Shown here in pieces: positions 49,281 through 58,900 of a DNA stretch of 64,000 bases. The notes under the pieces are model-generated. The model saw only the letters and a program-made list of their open reading frames with translations. It did no database searches and was not told where the DNA came from. The position numbers and the translations under genes were made by a program. Every line of letters starts with the position of its first letter. Position 1 is the first letter of the stretch. Source of the DNA: Abditibacterium sp. (GTDB taxonomy: Bacteria; Armatimonadota; Abditibacteriia; Abditibacteriales; Abditibacteriaceae). Where the stretch lies: positions 416,001 to 480,000 of the forward strand of contig OZ251992.1 of the NCBI GenBank assembly GCA_965246885.1, read 5' to 3'.

Positions 49281-49383
49281 GCGAATAAATTCGCAGCCAG
49301 CGAGGTCGTCGGCCTTCGCCGACGGCGTTTCAGTTACTACGTCGGCGAAGGCCGACGACCTCGCTGGCTGCGAATTTATTCGC
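49281..49383. repeat. Y-shaped palindromic element family A, copy 5
   Basis: Same IRs with a compensatory change in both arms. Confidence 0.9.
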
Positions 49384-49390
49384 TCGCCAT

Positions 49391-50668
49391 TCACCGGCCC
49401 CAAACCGTCGCAGCAAATTGAAACAGCGCCGTGAACGCCGCGCCGCCCGCAAGCGAACCCGCGAACGACCACATCATGCCCGCGTTCAGCAGTCGCAGCG
49501 GCGAGCGCGAGGTCATAAACGGCGTGTTCTGATAGTGCGCCATCAGTTGCTGCGCCGCGCGGATGCCCGATTCCAACTGCTTCTTCGAGGCGGGGCGCGT
49601 TGTGAACAGCACTTGCAGCACGTCGCCAAACGAGCGCCACACGAAGAAGGTGAAGATGAGTAGCCCCAGAATCCAGTCGGGCGTGAGCGCCGAAAGGTGC
49701 GTGATGCCCACGTAAATGAGGCCCGCAATGGCCATCAGGTTCGTGCCGCAACGCGGGTGGGCGCGCGGCATCTTGGCCACGTTTTCCGGCGTGAGCGGCA
49801 GGCCGCGTTCCAAAGCGTGGACGGTCTGATGCTCCGCCGCATGCACGCCCGCCAAGGGCGTGAGGCGAAACATCAGCAGAAAGAACAGGGCATGCAACCC
49901 CGCGAAGAAGGTGTTGAGCAGGTTGGCCGAATCGTTTTGCAAACCCAAGCGCCCCGACAGCACGAGCATGCCGAACTCCGGGTTAATGGCGCGCGCCACG
50001 AAATAAACCGCCAACTGCGCGATATAAAAGAACGCGGCGATGGTGAGACCCGACAGAAACAGCCCGAAAGCGGATACCCCACCCGTCAAAACGCCGTCGG
50101 TCAGCCACACGCCGAGGGGCGTCGCCATGCCACCGACGACGGGCGGGCGGACATAGCCGGTCAGCGCCGACAAAACGTCGGCCCGCGACAGCATGCCGAG
50201 GTATCTGTTCGCCTCGTCTAAGACGGGCAGCGACCCCAATCCGGCGCGGTCGAACGTCAAGAGGGCGTTGGGCAGGGAAAACTGCGCGGGCACGAACGGC
50301 ACTTCGACGCGCATCACGTCGCGCGCTTTGAGTTCGCGCAGCGTATCGAGGGGCGACGGCGGCGCGCTGGCGAGCGCCTCGCCGTCTTGCTCGACCAAAG
50401 CGTTAGCGCCGTGCCCATTGAGCGAGGCCACCTCGCGCGTCGGAGCGAAGACGCGCGCCGAAGCCGTCGCTAAGTCGTCTTGCGTGATGATTCCCACCAA
50501 CCGCGCGCTTCGCTCGGAAAACTGCGACCTATCGGGCGTGACCCGATCTAACACCGCGACGACCCCGCCATTCGATTCACGTAAATTCTCCGCGACTAAT
50601 CCCAAAGCGGTATCCGCTTGCACCACCGGCGCGCGCCGCGCCAACTGGACGGCCAAAGTAAAAGGCAT
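49391..50668 (-). CDS. CBS-domain plus DUF1385 membrane protein
   Basis: CBS pair (LVGIIT, LPVLD..YLGMLSRAD); HAAEHQ, HPRCGT, TT.PA. Confidence 0.85.
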   Translation of the reverse strand: MPFTLAVQLARRAPVVQADTALGLVAENLRESNGGVVAVLDRVTPDRSQFSERSARLVGIITQDDLATASARVFAPTREVASLNGHGANALVEQDGEALASAPPSPLDTLRELKARDVMRVEVPFVPAQFSLPNALLTFDRAGLGSLPVLDEANRYLGMLSRADVLSALTGYVRPPVVGGMATPLGVWLTDGVLTGGVSAFGLFLSGLTIAAFFYIAQLAVYFVARAINPEFGMLVLSGRLGLQNDSANLLNTFFAGLHALFFLLMFRLTPLAGVHAAEHQTVHALERGLPLTPENVAKMPRAHPRCGTNLMAIAGLIYVGITHLSALTPDWILGLLIFTFFVWRSFGDVLQVLFTTRPASKKQLESGIRAAQQLMAHYQNTPFMTSRSPLRLLNAGMMWSFAGSLAGGAAFTALFQFAATVWGR

Positions 50669-50731
50669 CCAATGTCCAACGAACCGAGCGCGCGGAAGTC
50701 GCACCCGAAACGATAAAAATGCCCGTGCCTC

Positions 50732-52024
50732 TTAACCGATGCGTTCGACCCCGCCCAGATACGGCCTGAGCGCGTCGGGAATCGAAACGCTCCCGTCCGC
50801 GTTCTGGTAGTTCTCCAGAATTGCCGCGAAAGTGCGGCCAACGGCCAAGCCGCTCCCGTTGAGCGTGTGCACGAACTCCGGCTTGCCCGGCTTGCCGTTC
50901 TCGTCGAGCGGGCGGAAGCGGATGTTGGAGCGGCGGGCTTGGAAGGACTCGAAGTTGGAGCAGGAACTAATCTCGCGGTAGGTGTTCTGCGACGGGAACC
51001 ACACTTCCGGGTCGTAGGACTTGGTCGCTTTGAAGCCCAAGTCGCCCGTCGCGTGTTCCATCGTGCGGAAAGGAAGACCGAGCTTTTCGAGGATGGACTC
51101 GGCGTGCGCGCGCAGTTGTTCGAGGGCTTCGTAGGAGTTGTCGGGCGCCACGAACCAGACCAACTCCACTTTGTCGAACTGGTGGACGCGAATCATGCCG
51201 CGCGTGTCGCGTCCGGCGCTGCCCGCTTCGGAGCGGAAGCAAGGCGAATAAGCGGCGTAGCGGACGGGCAATTGCGCGGCGTCGAACACTTCATCGCGGT
51301 GGAAGTCGGTGACGGGCACTTCGGCGGTCGGGATGAGCCACAAGTCTTCCCCGTTGATTTTGTAAGCGTCCTCGGCGAACTTGGGCAAAATCCCGGCGCC
51401 CTCCATCGCGCTCGAACGCACCAACACCGGCGGCAACAACTCCTCGTAGCCGTTCTCGCCGGTCTGCACATCGAGCATGAACGAAATTAGCGCCCTTTCC
51501 AAGCGGGCGCCCATGCCGCGCAGCACGTAAAAGCGCGCGCCGGAGGTTTTCGTGGCGCGCTCGAAGTCCACGATGCCGAGTTTTTCTCCCAGTTCGTAGT
51601 GCGGCAACGGCTCGAAATCGAACGCGCGCGGCGTTCCAAAACGGCGCACTTCGACGTTCTGTTCCTCGCCCTCGCCGACCGGGGCGGAGGGGTGATGGAT
51701 GTTGGGAATCCCCAGTAGCGCGGTTTGCAACTGCTCATCTAACTCGCGGGAGTTGCCCTCCAAGGCGCCGATTTGCTCGCCGACTTCGCGGCCCTCCTTA
51801 ACTAAGTCGTCGGCAGGCTCACCTGCTTTCTTGGCGCGCCCAACTTGGGCAGCGATCTCGTTGCGCCGCCGCTTGAGTTCCTCAATTTCGGCAGTCGCCC
51901 GCCTACGCGACTCATCGAGAGACATAAATCCGTCCACCAGCGCATCCGCGCCCTTGATGTTTTTATTGCGCAAGTGCGCCTTGACCAAATCCGGGTTGGC
52001 GCGCAGAAATCGAAGTTCCAGCAT
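50732..52024 (-). CDS. serS: Serine--tRNA ligase
   Basis: [40 protein letters not shown]. Confidence 0.97.
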   Translation of the reverse strand: MLELRFLRANPDLVKAHLRNKNIKGADALVDGFMSLDESRRRATAEIEELKRRRNEIAAQVGRAKKAGEPADDLVKEGREVGEQIGALEGNSRELDEQLQTALLGIPNIHHPSAPVGEGEEQNVEVRRFGTPRAFDFEPLPHYELGEKLGIVDFERATKTSGARFYVLRGMGARLERALISFMLDVQTGENGYEELLPPVLVRSSAMEGAGILPKFAEDAYKINGEDLWLIPTAEVPVTDFHRDEVFDAAQLPVRYAAYSPCFRSEAGSAGRDTRGMIRVHQFDKVELVWFVAPDNSYEALEQLRAHAESILEKLGLPFRTMEHATGDLGFKATKSYDPEVWFPSQNTYREISSCSNFESFQARRSNIRFRPLDENGKPGKPEFVHTLNGSGLAVGRTFAAILENYQNADGSVSIPDALRPYLGGVERIG

Positions 52025-52057
52025 GATTGATGGGCGCCAGTGTAGGAAAATAGGGAG

Positions 52058-52990
52058 GTGCTTCCCTTCGACCCCCGAAAACCGCTCTTTGGATTCAAAG
52101 CCCGCGCGCCCCACGCTCGGCGGCGGATTCATTTGTTCGCCGACAAAACGGGCGTGTTCTTTCGCCCGCGAACGGCGCCCGCCGACTGGTGGGGTGGCTT
52201 TGCCGACGAGCGAATAACTCGACGGGCGATAAGACGTAAATGGTGGGCACGGGTGGTTGCGGGCCTATCGCAACCCATCGCCAAGAGTCATTTTTACCGC
52301 GTTTTTGATGTGTCCGCCCCCGATGCGTCGGGGCGGACATGGCGCATTTGGTGGCGCCCCGATGAATCGTGGTTGGAGCCGCTCGACCAAAAACACGGAC
52401 AACTGGGCGCGTTCCTCAGGCCGCGCCCGTCGCAGTTTCATTTGTGGAGGACGCCAACAGCCACGCTCAAGGAGCATTTTCTGAAGGAGTGGGCCGACGC
52501 CGGGAGCGACGCGCGCGACGCGATGGGCTGGTGCGATTTGAACATGGAAGAGCGGCAATCCCGCGCGCTACGCTGGGCCGAGGGCGACTTAGCGACGCTG
52601 CGGCAACTGCTGGAAGCGGCCATGAAAGCGGCGGTGTGGGATGAGCCACCCAAATCCACGCGGTCGCTTTCGGCGGTTTGGCTCCACAAACGCGCGATGC
52701 AACTCGACATCACATGGCAATCTTCGCCCGCGTTTCAGACTCTCCTCCCGCCGCTCGTTCCCGTTATCGAAGCGCGCTTTCGCAGCTTCTATGACCTCCC
52801 GGACAAAGCGCGCTTGAATTGGGGTTTTCCTTGGTTCCAAGAGGACGTTCACTGCAATTTCGATGTGTGTCTCCAAGTTGCGGAACCAACGGCCCACGAG
52901 CGCCTCGAAGCCGCGCTTTTCCTGCGCGAGTGGTTGCGCCAAAACGCGCCGGATTTGTTGCCCGACTGGTTTCCGGGTGACGTTGGATAA
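52058..52990 (+). CDS. Hypothetical Trp-rich protein
   Basis: 310-aa ORF filling the gap; no motif recognised. Confidence 0.6.
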   Translation: MLPFDPRKPLFGFKARAPHARRRIHLFADKTGVFFRPRTAPADWWGGFADERITRRAIRRKWWARVVAGLSQPIAKSHFYRVFDVSAPDASGRTWRIWWRPDESWLEPLDQKHGQLGAFLRPRPSQFHLWRTPTATLKEHFLKEWADAGSDARDAMGWCDLNMEERQSRALRWAEGDLATLRQLLEAAMKAAVWDEPPKSTRSLSAVWLHKRAMQLDITWQSSPAFQTLLPPLVPVIEARFRSFYDLPDKARLNWGFPWFQEDVHCNFDVCLQVAEPTAHERLEAALFLREWLRQNAPDLLPDWFPGDVG

Positions 52991-52993
52991 GAG

Positions 52994-53596
52994 CTACTCG
53001 GTGCCTTCGGGTAGGTCGTCGAAGCGGCGGTAGCAGTCGCCCACGCGGAACTGGATGCCGAGAGCCGCGAGTTGCACGCGGGCGTCGCGCGTCAGATGGC
53101 GGGTGAGGCGGGGTTCTTCGTTGGAGTGTTGCGGGCGGCTCCAGTGGTCGAGGCGGATTTTGTCCTGCCATAAGACGAGGTAATCGCACAGCGAAGGGAG
53201 CAAGAAATAGTTCGTCCGCTTGGTCGAGAGGTCAATGTTCTTCGTGGAAGGCGACAGCACTTCCACTAAAACGAGCGGCTCCAACAGGGTGCGCTCGTAT
53301 TCGCGGTCGAAGTCGGCGTCCTCGCAATAGACCACGACATCGGGGTAAGCGTCCATGTCGGCGTCCTCGACCCGCACCAGTTGGTCGCTGATTACAGCAA
53401 AGCAGGAAGTGTCTACTAATGCAGTATCCAGAACTCGCCCAACAGCCATGATAATTCTTGCATGACTGGGACTGCCCCCGGCCATTGCGACGATGTATCC
53501 GTTGAAGAACTCGTGGCGAACCGGTGAGTCGCGTTCGAGCCGATAAAAGTCGGCGCGCGTGTGGACGGGGAACTCGATCTGGCGGGCGGCGCTCAT
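52994..53596 (-). CDS. Uma2 family endonuclease
   Basis: RHEF.NG..VAMAGGS..H, YPDVVV, VEVLSPST. Confidence 0.92.
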   Translation of the reverse strand: MSAARQIEFPVHTRADFYRLERDSPVRHEFFNGYIVAMAGGSPSHARIIMAVGRVLDTALVDTSCFAVISDQLVRVEDADMDAYPDVVVYCEDADFDREYERTLLEPLVLVEVLSPSTKNIDLSTKRTNYFLLPSLCDYLVLWQDKIRLDHWSRPQHSNEEPRLTRHLTRDARVQLAALGIQFRVGDCYRRFDDLPEGTE

Positions 53597-53653
53597 AAGC
53601 AACAGTTTAAGCCGCGCCCGCGCATGGCAAAGCGCACCTAAACTCGCGCGTCG

Positions 53654-54202
53654 ATGAGCGAATCGAACCCTTGGACAACGAAAAGCACGCGCCACATTTA
53701 CGAGAATCCTTGGATTTCCGTGCGCGAGGATGCCGTCATCACGCCCGGTGGAAGCGACGGGATTTATGGCGTGGTTTCGATGAAGGGCCGCGCGGTCGGC
53801 GTCGTGCCGCTCCATGACGACGGGACGGTCACGCTCGTCGGCCAATGGCGCTACACGCTGGGCCAATACAGTTGGGAAATCCCCGAAGGCGGCTGCCCGC
53901 CCGACGAAGCGCCCATCGAAGCCGCGCGCCGCGAACTGCGGGAAGAGACCGGCCTGCTCGCGGCAATGCTCCACCCGCTTGGCGGAGAGGTTCACCTGTC
54001 CAATTCCGTCACCGACGAACGCGGGTATCTCTTCGTCGCAACCGGGTTATTGCAAGCCAAGGCCGCGCCCGAAGACACCGAACAAATCGCAACGCGCCGC
54101 CTGCCCCTGTCGGAGGCCGTCGAGATGGTCGTGCGCGGGGAGATTGGGGATAGTTTGAGCGTCATGGCGCTGCTGCTGTTGGAGCGGCGAACCAACGCCT
54201 AA
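53654..54202 (+). CDS. NUDIX hydrolase (ADP-ribose pyrophosphatase-like)
   Basis: WEIPEGG...AARRELREETGL. Confidence 0.93.
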   Translation: MSESNPWTTKSTRHIYENPWISVREDAVITPGGSDGIYGVVSMKGRAVGVVPLHDDGTVTLVGQWRYTLGQYSWEIPEGGCPPDEAPIEAARRELREETGLLAAMLHPLGGEVHLSNSVTDERGYLFVATGLLQAKAAPEDTEQIATRRLPLSEAVEMVVRGEIGDSLSVMALLLLERRTNA

Positions 54203-54300
54203 AGACGCCGCAAAACAAACGAAGCCGACCTTCGTCGGCTGACGCCGTTGGTTGTAGCCCGCAAAGGCGGGCTTGGTTTGGGTTGCGGCGTCTTTAGGCG
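54196..54300. repeat. Y-shaped palindromic element, family C
   Basis: 18-bp terminal IR; inner hairpins agccgac-cttc-gtcggct and agcccgc-aaag-gcgggct. Confidence 0.85.
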
Positions 54301-54306
54301 CTGGCT

Positions 54307-54627
54307 TTATCTGCCCCGAACAAACGTCGGGATGGCCAACACCAGCACAATGGCGGACGGGTCGAGCAGCCAAACCCACAGCGCGTGAATGCGAAGCGGC
54401 GCGAAAACGAGGCAACCGAGCAGGAGCGGCACGCCAAACGAAGCGCCCATAGAACTCCATTTGCCCGAACCCTTGCGGGCTTCAAGGGAATTAAAGCGAA
54501 GAATAAGCCAATTCATCGTCGCCAAGAACGCGCCAAAAAGCCACAACGGACACGCGACAATGAATCCTGCCGCCTCGCGCGTCGTGCAACCCAGCAGGTG
54601 GGCGAGGGCGTGCGTGAGGGCGGTCAC
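54307..54627 (-). CDS. Small membrane protein
   Basis: GTG overlaps the upstream stop; three hydrophobic segments. Confidence 0.6.
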   Translation of the reverse strand: MTALTHALAHLLGCTTREAAGFIVACPLWLFGAFLATMNWLILRFNSLEARKGSGKWSSMGASFGVPLLLGCLVFAPLRIHALWVWLLDPSAIVLVLAIPTFVRGR

Positions 54628-55136
54628 TCCGCTTTCTCCGCTTTTTCTTCCTGCGCGCGCAACACCGACGCGATGAGGCGTTCCATCGTGGCGCGCATTT
54701 CGGGGTCTTCGATTTGTCCGGCGAGTTCGCGGCCCCGGCGCGCGGCGGCGTCGTTGGTGGGGACGTGCAGAGCGACTTCGCGCTTGTTCGGCTGAGCGGG
54801 AAAAGTGGGGTCTTCCCAGTTGTCCTCGACGCTGGCTTTGCGCTTGCCGGGGGGGAGCGTGACGCGCACGCGTAGCTTCTGCACGATGGGCTTGCGCAAG
54901 CGCCCGTTGAGGCGCGCGATGATGCGGCCTTCGAGAAAGTGAACCTCGTGCGACCACTGCGGACTGCGCGCGCGGATGTAGAGAATTCCGCCCGTGAAGC
55001 GTTCGGCGAGCGTGTTGGCGGCCACCAAAGGCCCCGCGACTTCCTTCCACAATTCCACCGCCATTTGTTCCAATACCTTGCCGCGCCAGCCGCGCTCGTC
55101 CAAGACGCTGTTGACAATATTGCTCACGTTGTCCAT
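54624..55136 (-). CDS. DUF721/DciA family protein
   Basis: W.EVAG..VAANT, SPQWSHEV; canonical position after recF. Confidence 0.85.
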   Translation of the reverse strand: MDNVSNIVNSVLDERGWRGKVLEQMAVELWKEVAGPLVAANTLAERFTGGILYIRARSPQWSHEVHFLEGRIIARLNGRLRKPIVQKLRVRVTLPPGKRKASVEDNWEDPTFPAQPNKREVALHVPTNDAAARRGRELAGQIEDPEMRATMERLIASVLRAQEEKAEKAE

Positions 55137-55160
55137 TGAATCACCTCGGTTTCACTCGAT

Positions 55161-55192
55161 TTATCCACAGGTGGGCATAAAGCTATGGAAAA
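55161..55192. promoter_or_regulatory. DnaA boxes between recF and DUF721 gene
   Basis: Perfect TTATCCACA at 55161-55169; degenerate reverse box tatggaaaa at 55184-55192. Confidence 0.7.
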
Positions 55193-55194
55193 CT

Positions 55195-56337
55195 CTACTC
55201 CACCTTCCCGCCCTCCACTCGAAAGTGCGCGGCGACTTCCGCTAAGAATGTCGCATCGGTCGCGGTTACGATGCTCTGCGAAAACGACTTCGCTTCGCCT
55301 AACAATAACCCTCTGCGCGTCGCGTCCAACTCCGATAACGCATCATCTAACAGCAGTATCGGATCATCTCCTAAGGTATCCCGCACCCAATGCGCAAGCG
55401 CGATTTTAAGCGACAAAACCGCCAACCGCCCCTGCCCTTGCGAGCCGTAGCGCCGTAAATCCACGCCGCCCAGTTTGAAGGAGAACTCGTCGCGGTGCGG
55501 CCCGCTTTGTGTGGAAGCGCGGCGAAAGTCGTCGCGGTGGTCGTCCTCCAGAGAACTCAAAAATAAGCGCGAGAACTCTTCCTCGCTCCCGCGCCGCCAA
55601 GCCGACAGTCCCGGCGCATATTCGATTTCAAACGGCCCGTCCAACCCTGATAAGCGCGCGTGCGTTTCGGCGAGGAGAGGGGCGACTTCGACAAAGAACT
55701 GGTTGCGCGCCGCCAACACCCGCGCGCCGTAGCTCACCAAAGCGCGGTTGAGTTCGCCCAACGAGCCGTATTTCTCCTCGGTTTCGCGGCTTTTGGGGTT
55801 GTCGAGCGACGCCTTGATGTAGGCGTTGCGCTGCTGCAAAGCGCGCCGATAGCGGGCGATGTCCGAGAAGTAGGCGGGCCAGATTTTGCCCAGTTCGAGG
55901 TTCAAAAAGCGCCGCCGCTCTTCGGGTTCGCCCGACACGAGCGCCAAGTCGTGCGGGAAAAACGACACCACCTGCAACTGCCCCAGCCACCCCGCCACCG
56001 CCGACTGCGGCACGCCGCCCACCTTCATTTCGCGCTCGACCTTTTGCCCCTCGACGCGCCAACTGTATTCCAAGCGCCGCACATCCGCCGCCCGGTTCGG
56101 CGGCGGCGGCAACTCCACTTCCGCGCCCAACCGCGCCGCGCGCTCGTTCCACCGGATCAATTCCCGGTCGCGCTCCACGAGCGGCGATTTCGTCGTCGCC
56201 AACACGCACACCGCCTCCAACAAGTTCGTCTTCCCCTGCCCGTTATCCCCCGTAAACGCCACCAACCCGGCGGGCAACTGTAGCTCCTGCGCGGCGTAGT
56301 TGCGGAAATTGGCGAGGCGGAGGGAGCGGACGACCAT
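55195..56337 (-). CDS. recF: DNA replication/repair protein RecF
   Basis: NFRNY, GDNGQGKTNLLEA, GPHRD, GSQGQ, LLLDDALSELD. Confidence 0.96.
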   Translation of the reverse strand: MVVRSLRLANFRNYAAQELQLPAGLVAFTGDNGQGKTNLLEAVCVLATTKSPLVERDRELIRWNERAARLGAEVELPPPPNRAADVRRLEYSWRVEGQKVEREMKVGGVPQSAVAGWLGQLQVVSFFPHDLALVSGEPEERRRFLNLELGKIWPAYFSDIARYRRALQQRNAYIKASLDNPKSRETEEKYGSLGELNRALVSYGARVLAARNQFFVEVAPLLAETHARLSGLDGPFEIEYAPGLSAWRRGSEEEFSRLFLSSLEDDHRDDFRRASTQSGPHRDEFSFKLGGVDLRRYGSQGQGRLAVLSLKIALAHWVRDTLGDDPILLLDDALSELDATRRGLLLGEAKSFSQSIVTATDATFLAEVAAHFRVEGGKVE

Positions 56338-56377
56338 GTGAGGGAACGCGGAAAAAGAACGAACAGCGAAGTGGTGC

Positions 56378-56740
56378 TTAACGATGCGTCTTCGCTTTGT
56401 TGATGGACGCAACAACGATGGCGACCAACTCGTTGGCTTCGGCGCGCAGGTCAAAAGCAGTTTCAGGCTGAATCAGACCGCGCTTTTCGAGAAGGTCAAG
56501 CCAGAACTCCGACTCGTCCGCCTCTTCCACCGTGCCCATTTTGGAAATAAAATCGGCGTTCGATTTAGCGCGTTTCGCGGCTCGCGTATTGGCACCAACA
56601 GACGTGGCACAACGAAGCAACTGTTTCCCCAACACATCCGCCGTCCGGGTGCGTGGCAACTGCTCGACAACCTCAATGATATCCAACGCAAACAATTTAG
56701 TGCGGTCTCGCAAGTCAAAGGGCTTCTCTTCGCGGTTCAT
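56378..56740 (-). CDS. Four helix bundle protein (23S rRNA IVP family)
   Basis: L.DRTK.FAL, QLLR.ATSVGAN, S.ADFISK, EADES.FWL, EANELVAI. Confidence 0.9.
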   Translation of the reverse strand: MNREEKPFDLRDRTKLFALDIIEVVEQLPRTRTADVLGKQLLRCATSVGANTRAAKRAKSNADFISKMGTVEEADESEFWLDLLEKRGLIQPETAFDLRAEANELVAIVVASINKAKTHR

Positions 56741-56782
56741 AATTTCCTTTTCCGCGTTCCGGTTTCTGACTTCCGCGTTGGG

Positions 56783-57877
56783 CTACGCTTGCATCGGCAT
56801 GACGATGTAAATGAACCCCTCGCCCGCTCGCAGGATGCCGGGGTTGAGGGCGCCGTTGAGTTCGAGGGTCAGTTGGTCGTCGGGGATGAGGCCCAACACT
56901 TCCATGAGGTATTTGGCGTTGAAGGCGATTTGCAATTCGGAGCCGTCCATCGCAATCGGGATTTCCTCGTAGGTTTGGCCCGCTTCGTTCGATTCGGCGT
57001 TCATCGAAAGCGTGGCGTTGTTGAACTTGCACACCATTTTCTGGTTGGCCGAGCGCGACACGATGTCCACGCGGCGAACGGCTCCCAGCCATTCTTCACG
57101 CTCGAAGGAGACTTTGCGCTCGGTCGCTTTGGGGATGACTTTCTCGTAATTGGGGAATTGGCCGTCCAACACGCGCGAAACGAGCGTCGCCGACTCCGAC
57201 GAGAACTGCACCTGACTCGAACCGAAGCGGATCGTGACCATGTCCTCGGCGCCGCGCCCCAACACGCGCTCCAATTCGATGAGCGGCTTGGCCGGAACGA
57301 TGGCCGAAACGGGAGTCGCAACAGCTTCGCTGAGAAGTGTTTGCTTCCACGCCAAGCGGTGCGTATCGGTCGCCACAAGCGTCAAGGTGTCGCCGCGCGC
57401 CTCGAACAGGACGCCCATCAGAATCGAGCGCGACTCTTCTTTGCTGGCCGCGAACGCGGTCATGCGAATCATTTCCTTGAGCGTCGCGGCGGACAGCGTT
57501 ATCTCGGTGCCCTGCGTCACTTCCGGCACGACCGGGAAATCTTCGGCGGGCGCGCTCATAATCGTGAACCGCGAATGACCAGAGCGCACCACGACCTTCC
57601 CATCGCCGCCTTCAAGCGTCACGGGGGCATCGGGCAGCTTGGAAACGTAGTCGCTCAGGACGGAAGCGGGCAGCGCGACCTCGCCGTTCTCGGACACCGT
57701 CGCGGGAAGGGCGCACCGGACGAAAGTATCGAGGTCGGTGGCCGACAGCTTGATGCGGTCGTCGGCGGTCTGGAGCAAGACGTGCGTCAAAATCGGCAGG
57801 GTATTGCGCGACGACACGGCGCGACCGGCGACGCCGAGGGCTTGGGCGAGATACGAGCGTTCACAGGTAACTTTCAT
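56783..57877 (-). CDS. dnaN: DNA polymerase III beta sliding clamp
   Basis: LPIL, ATDLD, ATDTHRL, GQFPNY, FNAKYL, VMPM. Confidence 0.97.
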   Translation of the reverse strand: MKVTCERSYLAQALGVAGRAVSSRNTLPILTHVLLQTADDRIKLSATDLDTFVRCALPATVSENGEVALPASVLSDYVSKLPDAPVTLEGGDGKVVVRSGHSRFTIMSAPAEDFPVVPEVTQGTEITLSAATLKEMIRMTAFAASKEESRSILMGVLFEARGDTLTLVATDTHRLAWKQTLLSEAVATPVSAIVPAKPLIELERVLGRGAEDMVTIRFGSSQVQFSSESATLVSRVLDGQFPNYEKVIPKATERKVSFEREEWLGAVRRVDIVSRSANQKMVCKFNNATLSMNAESNEAGQTYEEIPIAMDGSELQIAFNAKYLMEVLGLIPDDQLTLELNGALNPGILRAGEGFIYIVMPMQA

Positions 57878-57914
57878 GGCGACGATATGGGTAGATTTTA
57901 CCCCGATGGAAAAG

Positions 57915-58010
57915 TCGGGGGATAACTCAGGTATAACTCGGCCCAATTGGGTAAAACCGGGTCAAATTAGGGATAACTCTGGGGATAAGCGGTAATTGTA
58001 GGGATAAGTC
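57915..58010. promoter_or_regulatory. DnaA-box cluster upstream of dnaN
   Basis: Several tagggataa/tggggataa boxes (for example 57968, 57980, 57999), all in one orientation. Confidence 0.75.
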
Positions 58011-58030
58011 GCTGCTTTTTCCCCCTCCCA

Positions 58031-58477
58031 CTATTTCACTTCGAGCAATTCGACGGTAAAAATCAGCGTCGCGCCCGGCGGAATGACGCCACCCGCGCCT
58101 TGGTCGCCGTAGCCCAACGCCGGGGGAATGACGAGTTTGCGCTTGCCGCCAACTTTCATGCCCGCGACGCCTTCGTCCCAGCCAGCGATGACTCGGTGAG
58201 CGCCCAGTGGGAAATCGAACGGCTTTTTCCCATAGCTTTGGTCGAACAGTTGGCCGTTGGTGAGGGTGCCCCGATAGTTCACCGTCACAATTTTCCCGGC
58301 CACCGCTTTGGCGCCCATCCCAATTTTCAGGTCGGTGATCTTCAACCCCGAAGCCGTCGTGCGCGTTTTGGGGCCGGGTTTATGCGTCGGTTTCTTGGCG
58401 GGCTTGGAAAAAGCGGCGACGGGAGATAACGCCAGCAACCCGGCGAGCAGAGGTAAAGAACGAAAAGCGGATTTCAT
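58031..58477 (-). CDS. FKBP-type peptidyl-prolyl isomerase, secreted
   Basis: Signal peptide; VIAGWDEG, IPPALGYG, IPPGATLIFTVELL. Confidence 0.95.
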   Translation of the reverse strand: MKSAFRSLPLLAGLLALSPVAAFSKPAKKPTHKPGPKTRTTASGLKITDLKIGMGAKAVAGKIVTVNYRGTLTNGQLFDQSYGKKPFDFPLGAHRVIAGWDEGVAGMKVGGKRKLVIPPALGYGDQGAGGVIPPGATLIFTVELLEVK

Positions 58478-58609
58478 GGGGGCGCAGTTTAAACCGCAAG
58501 CCGACATGGGGCCACCCCTATTTTTGTGGGCCGCTCCCATTGCGCCTTTCTCGCTTTGCGATAAAGCTGTCCCAAAGCGAAGCGCTGTCTTGGAGAGAGA
58601 ATTCATACC

Positions 58610-58900
58610 AAGTCGAGTTTTCCCTATGTTTTGAAATTTTTCGTCGTGGCTTTAGTACTTTAAATTTATTTAAAATACCTGGTTATTATTATTAGGGGCA
58701 GGGAAAAAGGGATAACTTCTAATGTCAATGCACGCGGCGGCCATATAAAGCCAACATACGCTGATTTTTCCGCCGAAAGTTATCCACATGGCATGGGGAT
58801 AAATCGGGCACTTATCCCCGTTATCCATAGGGGTCGAAAGTTAGCAAGAGTTGTTCCTTCCCTGTCCATAGGTTTATCCCCATGCGAGGAGGAAAACTAT
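58610..58900. other. Predicted chromosomal replication origin (oriC)
   Basis: AT-rich tract at 58651-58693 with TAA-trio repeats next to a GC-rich spacer and a box; DnaA boxes at 58780 (perfect), 58794, 58812, 58821, 58874. Confidence 0.85.

Noticed and set aside
56378..56740. Diversity-generating retroelement (Avd-like gene)
   Set aside because: No reverse transcriptase or TR/VR pair is visible in the window.
56384..57925. 513-aa plus-strand ORF
   Set aside because: Antisense to dnaN.
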